DNA from: Clostridia bacterium
GTDB lineage: Bacteria; Bacillota; Clostridia; TANB77; UBA1234
Reading direction: 5' to 3'
Assembly (NCBI GenBank): GCA_017521465.1
Contig: JAFXCN010000003.1
Location: 1-19,705 of the forward strand
Length of the DNA stretch: 19,705 nucleotides
Below the pieces are notes generated by a model that ran no database searches, was not told the DNA's origin, and worked only from the letters and a program-made list of their open reading frames with translations. This document shows positions 5,992-12,976 of the stretch, piece after piece. A program made the position numbers and the translations under genes. How positions within the stretch are numbered: the stretch's first letter is position 1; every line of letters begins with the position of its first letter.

Positions 5992-8900
5992 ATGAAAAAC
6001 TTCACTAAAAAGCTTCTCAGTATCCTGATGGTTGTGATGATGCTTGTCAATTTGATGCCGACGACTGCACTTGCAGCACATACTCACAAGGGTGCTATGT
6101 GTGGTAAGCAGGTTACCACTTATGAGAAAAAAGACAGCTCTTCTCATAAAGTAATTACGCAAAATGAAGAACTTTGTAGCTGTGGACAATTTCTTGGTTA
6201 TATTGATAGAAGAGAAACTACTGCCGCTCACGAGTTTTCTAATTATAAATGCACTAAGTGTGGATACGAGAAGAAGCATACGCATGTTGACGTCATGTGC
6301 GGCAAATCCAAAAGCTGGTATGAAAATATTACTAGCACGAAGCATACGTATGTAACGGCTAACGAAGGCCTTTGTGCATGTGGTGAATTTGTTAAGTATG
6401 TTGATGTGAAAAAGACTACTGCAAATCATACTTTCAAAAATGATAAATGTACTAAGTGTGGTTATAAACGGACGCACGTTCATCAGGGTGCTGCATGTGG
6501 TAAAGCAGTAAGTTGGTATGAAAATATCACTGCAACTACGCACACACTTTACACTGCGAATGAGAATCTTTGCAGTTGTGGAACGAAGATTGGTTACATC
6601 GATGAAAAACGGACTCAGCAAAATCATAGTTTCAATGGTGATGTTTGTAGTGCGTGTGGCTACAAGCGCGAGCATGTGCATAAGGGTGTAGCATGCGGAC
6701 AAGCTATTCGTCGGTACGAAGATATCAACAGTAAGACTCATACGCTTTACACTGCAAATGAAAATCTTTGCAGCTGCGGAGCAATGATTGGTTACATCGA
6801 TGAAAATCGCGTAGCACAGAATCATAATTTTAATGGAGATGTTTGTAGCGATTGTGGATATAAACGTGAACATGTACATAAGGGTGTAGCGTGCGGTAGT
6901 TCTGTTTGGTGGTACGAAGACGTTAATGCCAATACGCATACACTGTATACTGCAAATGAAAATCTCTGCAGTTGCGGAGCAATGATTGGTTATATCGATG
7001 AAAATCGTGTAGTAGAGAATCATAACTTCTTGAGTGGGGATATTTGCAGTGGTTGCAGTTACAAGCGTGAACATGTACACCAAGGTGTAATGTGTGGTAA
7101 AGCAGTAAGTTGGTATCAGAACATTACTGAAACCACGCATACATTGTATACTGCAAATGAAAATCTTTGTAGCTGTGGAGAAATGATTGGCTACATTGAT
7201 GAAAAGCTTACTAAAAATGAACATGATTTTAGTAATGATGAGTGCACTAAGTGTGGCTACAAGCGTGAGCATGTGCATCAGGGCATAGCATGTGGTCAGG
7301 CAATTCGTCGCTATGAAGATATTAATAGTAAAACTCATACGCTTTATACTGCAAACGAAAATCTCTGCAGTTGCGGAGCGATGATTGGTTACATCGATGA
7401 AAATCGTGTAGCACAAAATCATAACTTCAGCGGAGATATCTGCAGTGATTGTGGTTACCAGCGCGAGCACGTGCACCAAGGCGTAGCGTGTGGTAAGTCT
7501 GTGAGCTGGTATCAGAACATCACTGAAACGACTCACACTTTGTATACTGCAAATGAAAATCTTTGTAGTTGTGGTGAAAAGGTCGGCTATATTGATGAAA
7601 AGCTTACTAAAAGTGAACATGCTTTTAGTAATGATAAGTGTACTAAGTGTGGATATGAGCGTGAACATGTGCATCAGGGTGTAGCATGTGGCCAAGCGAT
7701 TCGTCGTTATGAAGACATCAATAGTAAGACTCATACGCTGTATACCGCAAATGAAAATATTTGCAGTTGCGGAGAGATGATTGGCTACATTGATGAAAAT
7801 CGTGTAGCACAAAATCATAACTTCAGTGGTGATATTTGTAGTGATTGCGGATATCAGCGTGAGCATGTGCATAAGGGTGTTGCGTGTGGTAAAGCTGTGA
7901 GCTGGTATCAGAACATTACTGAAATGACTCACACCTTGTATACTGCAAATGAAGAACTTTGTAGCTGTGGTGAAAAACTTGGTTATATCGATGAAAAGCT
8001 TACTAAAAGTGAGCATGCTTTTAGCGATGATAAGTGTACTAAGTGTGGATATGAGCGCGAACATGTGCATCAAGGTGTTGCAAGTGGCAAAGCAATTAGC
8101 CGATACGAAGATATAAATGGTAGCACTCATACACTGTATATCGCAAACGAAAATATTTGTAGTTGTGGAGAGATGATTGGTTACATCGATGAAAATCGAG
8201 TAACTAAAAATCATAATTTCAATGGTGATGTTTGTAGTGATTGTGGATATAAACGTAATCATCAGCATAAAGGTGTAGCATGTGGTCAGGCAATTGTTCG
8301 ATACGAAGACCTCAATGCCAATACTCACACTCTGTATACTGCAAACGAGGAGATTTGTAGTTGCGGAGAGATGATTGGGTATGTTGATGTTAATCGTGTT
8401 GTAAGACCGCATATGTTCGTTCGTGACAAATGTACGGATTGTGGCTATGAACGTAGTCACGTTCATCAGGCGGTAAAGTCTGGACCGCCGCGGACGTATT
8501 ATGAAAAGGTTGACCACAATTATCATAAATGTATTAATGTTTCTGAAAGTCATATTTGTAGTTGTGACTATGTTGTTTCTGAAGGTAAGAAAGTTACTTC
8601 TATTGAAGAACATCTTTTTGTCGAAGGATTTTGTATTTTCTGTAAAGAACCCGAACATATTCATAGCGCTGTGGCTAGTGCAAATAAGGGTACTCGGTAT
8701 GCATATGCAGATGAAGAACAGCATGTTAAGATTACTGTCACCGGTGGTCACTTCTGTTCGTGTGGTGAATTTATGCCGACGGAAGATGGCAACATCATTT
8801 ATACTTATGAAAATCATAAATTTACTGATAAGAAGTGTACTAAGTGTGGATATAATAGTAAAGGTTATATCGAAGTTGCGGTTGATCAAATTATATTTGG

Positions 8901-9564
8901 TGATTTCTCTGATGATGTAAATATTGCAGGCACCGGCGGACAAATTCTGGTAGGTGAACTTCCTATCATCGGTTTTGTTGCTGATGTTCGAGATTTGCTG
9001 GGCAGTAAATCACTCACTGATCTTTTGATTAATGCTGTTGCGTTCTTGCCGTTTGGTGGTTTCTTTAAATATAGTGATGAAGTTGGCGTTACTGTAAAGA
9101 ATGCTGACAAGATTAAGTATACCGATGAAATTGCTGGTGCAGGTAACAAAGTTGATGATTTCATTGAGCATGCTGCAAAAATTAATCTGCGTGATGGCGA
9201 AAAAGCTGCTGAAAGCTTCCGCGATATCGCAAGAGCATCGGATTCTACGTCGGATGCATACAAGAATTTTGATGCCTTCAAAAAAGCTCATGGCCCCGCC
9301 GGCGAAGGTATGGAATGGCATCATATTGTTGAACAAAGTCAGATTAATAAGAGTGGTTTCGATAGTTCTATGATTAATAATGGTAATAATATGATTCCTA
9401 TCGATGAAGCGACTCACAGAAAAATTTCTGGTTATTATAGCCGGAAAGTTCCTGGTACAGATATGTCCTTCAGAGATTGGCTTGCGTACAATGATGTTCC
9501 TTTTGAACAGCAGCAAGAAATCGGTATTAAAATTCTTGAACTTTATGGTATTAAGGTAAAATAA
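5992..9564 (+). CDS. Large secreted Cys/His-rich repeat protein with C-terminal PT-TG-like and HNH/EndoVII (WHH-type) nuclease-like domain; polymorphic-toxin-like (1190 aa)
   Basis: RBS GAAAGGAG at 5976-5983 (8-nt spacing to the ATG). Sec signal MKNFTKKLLSILMVVMMLVNLMPTTALA|A. About 14 units of 66 aa (HxHxGxxCG...THTLYTANENLCSCG...IGYIDE...NHNFxGDxCSDCGYKRE) follow. The C-terminus contains NIAGTGGQILVGELPIIGFVADVRD (TG motif), then EWHHIVEQ...NNMIP...EATHRKISGYY, consistent with an H-N-H catalytic pattern. The track ORF start at 5920 lacks an RBS. Confidence 0.85.
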   Translation: MKNFTKKLLSILMVVMMLVNLMPTTALAAHTHKGAMCGKQVTTYEKKDSSSHKVITQNEELCSCGQFLGYIDRRETTAAHEFSNYKCTKCGYEKKHTHVDVMCGKSKSWYENITSTKHTYVTANEGLCACGEFVKYVDVKKTTANHTFKNDKCTKCGYKRTHVHQGAACGKAVSWYENITATTHTLYTANENLCSCGTKIGYIDEKRTQQNHSFNGDVCSACGYKREHVHKGVACGQAIRRYEDINSKTHTLYTANENLCSCGAMIGYIDENRVAQNHNFNGDVCSDCGYKREHVHKGVACGSSVWWYEDVNANTHTLYTANENLCSCGAMIGYIDENRVVENHNFLSGDICSGCSYKREHVHQGVMCGKAVSWYQNITETTHTLYTANENLCSCGEMIGYIDEKLTKNEHDFSNDECTKCGYKREHVHQGIACGQAIRRYEDINSKTHTLYTANENLCSCGAMIGYIDENRVAQNHNFSGDICSDCGYQREHVHQGVACGKSVSWYQNITETTHTLYTANENLCSCGEKVGYIDEKLTKSEHAFSNDKCTKCGYEREHVHQGVACGQAIRRYEDINSKTHTLYTANENICSCGEMIGYIDENRVAQNHNFSGDICSDCGYQREHVHKGVACGKAVSWYQNITEMTHTLYTANEELCSCGEKLGYIDEKLTKSEHAFSDDKCTKCGYEREHVHQGVASGKAISRYEDINGSTHTLYIANENICSCGEMIGYIDENRVTKNHNFNGDVCSDCGYKRNHQHKGVACGQAIVRYEDLNANTHTLYTANEEICSCGEMIGYVDVNRVVRPHMFVRDKCTDCGYERSHVHQAVKSGPPRTYYEKVDHNYHKCINVSESHICSCDYVVSEGKKVTSIEEHLFVEGFCIFCKEPEHIHSAVASANKGTRYAYADEEQHVKITVTGGHFCSCGEFMPTEDGNIIYTYENHKFTDKKCTKCGYNSKGYIEVAVDQIIFGDFSDDVNIAGTGGQILVGELPIIGFVADVRDLLGSKSLTDLLINAVAFLPFGGFFKYSDEVGVTVKNADKIKYTDEIAGAGNKVDDFIEHAAKINLRDGEKAAESFRDIARASDSTSDAYKNFDAFKKAHGPAGEGMEWHHIVEQSQINKSGFDSSMINNGNNMIPIDEATHRKISGYYSRKVPGTDMSFRDWLAYNDVPFEQQQEIGIKILELYGIKVK
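6079..8860 (+). repeat. In-frame tandem coding repeats, 198-bp unit with 396-bp higher-order (two alternating subtypes) periodicity
   Basis: Units 4, 7 and 9 (subtype QAIRRYEDINSKTHT...NRVAQNHNFSGDICSDCGY) alternate with units 6, 8 and 10 (subtype KAVSWYQNITETTHT...KLTKSEHAFSNDKCTKCGY). Repeat proteins are near-identical, but DNA shows many synonymous differences. Confidence 0.85.
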
Positions 9565-9584
9565 TTTTTGCTAATTTAAATTTG

Positions 9585-9620
9585 CAGGTGTAAGTGAAAA
9601 CTTACACCTGTTTTTGTTTT
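9585..9620 (+). terminator. Intrinsic terminator of the large gene
   Basis: Stem caggtgtaag/cttacacctg with loop tgaaaa and a TTTTT run. Confidence 0.8.
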
Positions 9621-9657
9621 TAAAAATAAAAAAGAGATATGTGGTAAACATATCTCT
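9621..9657 (-). terminator. Intrinsic terminator for the minus-strand SLH lipoprotein gene
   Basis: Stem agagatatg/catatctct (9633-9641/9649-9657). On the - strand it is followed by a tttttatttttaa run. Confidence 0.65.
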
Positions 9658-9743
9658 GAATATATATGGTCGCTTTTAGCAACAATTATGCTATCAATTA
9701 GTATTATAGCTTAAGTACTGCTAAAAGCTCATGATTTGCCAAG

Positions 9744-10973
9744 TTATATTTCTGCTGGTCTTACCCAATCTAAGTTGTAGAATAATTGACAAACTTGAGC
9801 TCTTGTAAGTGATCCTTGTGGATTAAATGTAAGTTTATCATCATTTCCATTTGTTATTCCAAAGTTGTATGCATCAACAATATGTTCTTTATATACTTCT
9901 GAAATTTGAGCGTTATCTGGAATATCCTCTAATTTAATTCCTTTAGGTGTAGCATTTAAGAAGTTTGCTTGTGATGCAAGATACATTGCTGCTACAGCAG
10001 CTTCTCTTGTTATAGGTACATTATAATTTTCAGGAGTAATATCTCCATTTGAGATTATATATCCCATATCAACACATTCATAAATAGCAATTCCAGCCCA
10101 ATATCCATTTTCATCAGTACCAGTTGCACGATTTTTAGCACGAGCTAAAATTTGACAAAATTGAGCGATTGTTAATGTTCCTTCTGGATTAAATTTGTTA
10201 TCGCCAACACCTGCTACTAATCCCCCTTGTGCTAAAGCTGTTACAGCTTTGTGATACCATTTATCTTCTGGTACATCAGTGAAAGTAGGTGCTGTTACAA
10301 CTGGAGTTACAGGAGTTTCTTCATCTTCTGTAACAGAAGAACTTCCGGCAGATTTTGTAGCTTTAAATTTGAAAACTGTATCTGGATTAACATCTGTACT
10401 CATTTTTAATGCTTCAATTGTAAGAAGATTATTTTCTATAGTAATTCCGTCAGTTGGCCCAGAAAGTTGAATAACATCGTATGGGAAACTAAATTTTAAA
10501 ACAATTGCAAATTGTTCTAAAAATGCTTTCATGTCTTCTTCAGTCATTTCATTTTGTGATTCAGAATCTGTAGGTAGCATAGCTTCTGCATTTATTGTTT
10601 CTTTTGCGTTAGAGATTGTAAAGATAAAATTGCCCTCTGAATCTTTTTCAATAATAAAATTGCTAGATTCTGTATCCATTTCAGAATTATCACTTAAAAG
10701 CTTCGTTAATTCATTAATAGTTTCAAATTCTTGAGTTTGCACTTCGCCATAATATGTTTTACCGTTATAGTTAAAAGATGTTTCGTATTCAAATTTTTGT
10801 CCGTCAGACATTTGCTCTAATGTTGCAATACCTTGCTCAGTAAGTCCAGTAGATAAAACTAGTGTACCGCTGCAATCCTCGTTAATATTAACTTCAAAAA
10901 TTGTACCCATACAGCCAGTAAGAGTAGCACAAAGAAGTACTAACATAAATAATAATGACATAGTTTTTTTCAT
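9744..10973 (-). CDS. Lipoprotein with two C-terminal SLH (S-layer homology) domains, 409 aa
   Basis: Lipobox LTGC. SLH-like segments FTDVPEDKWYHKAVTALAQGGLVAGVGDNKFNPEGTLTIAQ and DIPDNAQISEVYKEHIVDAYNFGITNG...LTRAQ. Strong RBS (rc of 10976-10985, TAGGAGGTAA). Confidence 0.8.
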   Translation of the reverse strand: MKKTMSLLFMLVLLCATLTGCMGTIFEVNINEDCSGTLVLSTGLTEQGIATLEQMSDGQKFEYETSFNYNGKTYYGEVQTQEFETINELTKLLSDNSEMDTESSNFIIEKDSEGNFIFTISNAKETINAEAMLPTDSESQNEMTEEDMKAFLEQFAIVLKFSFPYDVIQLSGPTDGITIENNLLTIEALKMSTDVNPDTVFKFKATKSAGSSSVTEDEETPVTPVVTAPTFTDVPEDKWYHKAVTALAQGGLVAGVGDNKFNPEGTLTIAQFCQILARAKNRATGTDENGYWAGIAIYECVDMGYIISNGDITPENYNVPITREAAVAAMYLASQANFLNATPKGIKLEDIPDNAQISEVYKEHIVDAYNFGITNGNDDKLTFNPQGSLTRAQVCQLFYNLDWVRPAEI

Positions 10974-11180
10974 ATTTATTACCTCCTAGATAAGATTTTT
11001 AATGTTTACAAATGAATTATCAATATTACTCAAAATGAGTAAGCGATTTTCAATAGAAAACATTATAAAATATGTCTTTTTTAGTGTACCATATAAATAT
11101 AAAGTAAGTAAATATTTTTCATATGCAAAATCATACAAATGTGATAGGATATTTTTATTAAAACCAAAGAGGTGATTTGC

Positions 11181-11702
11181 TTGAAATGTATGTTTGTTTC
11201 TGATGTGCATGGAAGTGTGGAGCGATTAGAAGAATGCATTAAAATATTTGAAGTAGAAAATGCTGATAAACTTGTTTTTCTTGGTGATACTGGTTCGCAA
11301 ATGGATAGGACTAGCAATGAGCAAATAGCAGAAATTTTAAATAAAATAAAAGATAAAGTACAGCTAATTAGAGGAAATTGCGATACAACAGATTTTGAAG
11401 AATTGCTAGAATTAAATTTGCTAAACATGGATAATCTTTATATGAATGGGATATTTGTAACTATAACACATGGACATAATTATAATTGTTATGACTTGCC
11501 AAGTTATTGCGGTGAAATATTTATTCAAGGTCACACACATGTGCCGATGCTTCAAAAATCTAAAAATGTAATTTTAGCAAATCCTGGTTCTGTTACGAAA
11601 CCAAGAGGTGTTGATTTAAGATGTTATATTATAATTGATGAAGAAACAATAACACTAAAAACATTAGATGGGAAACTTGTTAATTCAATAAAAATAAAGT
11701 AA
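11181..11702 (+). CDS. Metallophosphoesterase, YfcE/MJ0936-like family
   Basis: Motifs DVHG, GD, GNCD, HGH and GHTH. Start is ambiguous between GTG 11172, TTG 11181 and ATG 11190. RBS AAAGAGGTGA at 11166-11175. Confidence 0.8.
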   Translation: MKCMFVSDVHGSVERLEECIKIFEVENADKLVFLGDTGSQMDRTSNEQIAEILNKIKDKVQLIRGNCDTTDFEELLELNLLNMDNLYMNGIFVTITHGHNYNCYDLPSYCGEIFIQGHTHVPMLQKSKNVILANPGSVTKPRGVDLRCYIIIDEETITLKTLDGKLVNSIKIK

Positions 11703-11720
11703 TTTTTTTGGAGGTGTTCT

Positions 11721-12569
11721 ATGGGAGAATTATGGGATGTTTATGATTCTAACAAAAGAAAAACAGGAAAGATAGCAGAGCGTGGTGTGGATATACTTCT
11801 TAGTGATGGTAATTACCACATAGTTGTACAAGGGGTTATTATTAACTCTAAAAATCAAATTTTAATAAGTAAAAGAGCACCACATAAAAAGTTTGGATTG
11901 ATGTGGGAAATGAATGGAGGATCAATTTTAAAAGGTGAAACTAGTTTAGAGGGTATTATTAGAGAATTAAAAGAAGAGCTAGGAATTGAAGTTTGTAAAC
12001 GCGAAGCTGCATTTTTAAAATGTCTAAAAAGTGAAGAGGTACCTTTGGACTTTCAAGATTTTTGGCTATTTAGAAAAGATGTAGATTTGAAAGATATTAC
12101 ATTTCCAGATGGAGAAACAATAGCGGCAAAATGGGTTTCTATAGAAGAATATTTAGAAATGGTGAAGAAAAAAGAAGTAATGCCTACTATAAACTTTACC
12201 GAAGAAGATTATAGAAATGCTATAAATATGAAAAAGAGAGAAAGTTATGACTATATTGGAAAAACAGTTAAAGTAAAAATAGATAGACCATTAAATAGTA
12301 ATCATCCAAAACATGGTTTTAAATATCCAGTAAATTATGGTTATATAGAAAATACAGTTAGTGGTGATGGAGAAGAATTAGAGTGTTATGTATTAGGAAT
12401 TGATGAACCTATAGAAGAATTTGAAGGGGAATGTATAGCAGTGATTTATAGAATTAATGATGATGATAAGCTAATTGTAGTAAAAAATGGTCAAAACTAT
12501 ACGGACGACGAGATTAGAAGTAAAACAGACTTCCAAGAGCAATTTTTTGTAAGTGAAATAATAAGATGA
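11721..12569 (+). CDS. Nudix hydrolase fused to a C-terminal inorganic-pyrophosphatase-like (family I PPase-like) domain
   Basis: Perfect Nudix box GSILKGETSLEGIIRELKEELGI. The C-terminal about 110 aa (YPVNYGYIENTVSGDGEELECYVLG ... DDDKLIVV ... QEQFF) parallels E. coli Ppa ([23 protein letters not shown] ... EDAKLVAV ... FFEHY). RBS GGAGGTG at 11709-11715. Confidence 0.8.
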   Translation: MGELWDVYDSNKRKTGKIAERGVDILLSDGNYHIVVQGVIINSKNQILISKRAPHKKFGLMWEMNGGSILKGETSLEGIIRELKEELGIEVCKREAAFLKCLKSEEVPLDFQDFWLFRKDVDLKDITFPDGETIAAKWVSIEEYLEMVKKKEVMPTINFTEEDYRNAINMKKRESYDYIGKTVKVKIDRPLNSNHPKHGFKYPVNYGYIENTVSGDGEELECYVLGIDEPIEEFEGECIAVIYRINDDDKLIVVKNGQNYTDDEIRSKTDFQEQFFVSEIIR

Positions 12570-12573
12570 TAGA

Positions 12574-12617
12574 CGCCTGTTCTTAAGTGGAAACACTAGG
12601 GACAGGCGGATTTTTTA
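12574..12617 (+). terminator. Intrinsic terminator (composite stem with inner agtg-GAAA-cact tetraloop hairpin)
   Basis: cgcctgt...gggacaggcg stem followed by gattttttat. Confidence 0.65.
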
Positions 12618-12650
12618 TAGTGAATAGTGAATAGTGAAGAGTGAATAGTA
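12618..12650. repeat. TAGTGAA heptamer tandem array (about 4.7 units)
   Basis: tagtgaa tagtgaa tagtgaa gagtgaa tagta. A near-identical array lies at 19612-19637. Confidence 0.7.
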
Positions 12651-12878
12651 ATTAAATTTTAAATTGGATTTTAATTTAAGATTTGATGTGAAAGGCTAGG
12701 GAAATGGCGAGGCAAGAAGATTTTGTTAAAATATGGAAACGAAAATGGCATGAAAAAATTTTTTAAAAAAAATTTTTGATGAGGTGGCTAACCGTAAATC
12801 CTTATTTTCCGTAAGTTAAAAAGTGGCTTCACAGACAATCAAACCCAACAGCGCCAAGGATTTCCTGCAAAAAAAGTA

Positions 12879-12906
12879 TTGACGAAAGTTTTTTGTATAG
12901 TAAAAT
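12879..12906 (+). promoter_or_regulatory. Promoter (TTGACG, 16-nt spacer, TAAAAT) for the flotillin-like gene
   Basis: TTGACG at 12879-12884 and TAAAAT at 12901-12906. RBS AAAAGGAGAGGAG at 12958-12970. Confidence 0.45.
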
Positions 12907-12976
12907 GTTATTGTGGATATTGAATAGAAAGTAAAAACAATACCAAAGAAAAAACAAAAAAGGAGAGGAGAAAAGT

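Noticed and set aside
8501-9516. Several 90-170 aa ORFs on both strands overlapping the 3' part of the large gene
   Set aside because: All are embedded in, or antisense to, the 1190-aa CDS, which has the coherent domain architecture. None has an RBS.
12618-12650. Possible CRISPR array (short direct repeats)
   Set aside because: The unit is only 7 bp with no spacers between units. It is a microsatellite-like tandem repeat, not a CRISPR. The 198-bp repeats in 6079-8860 are in-frame coding repeats, also not CRISPR.
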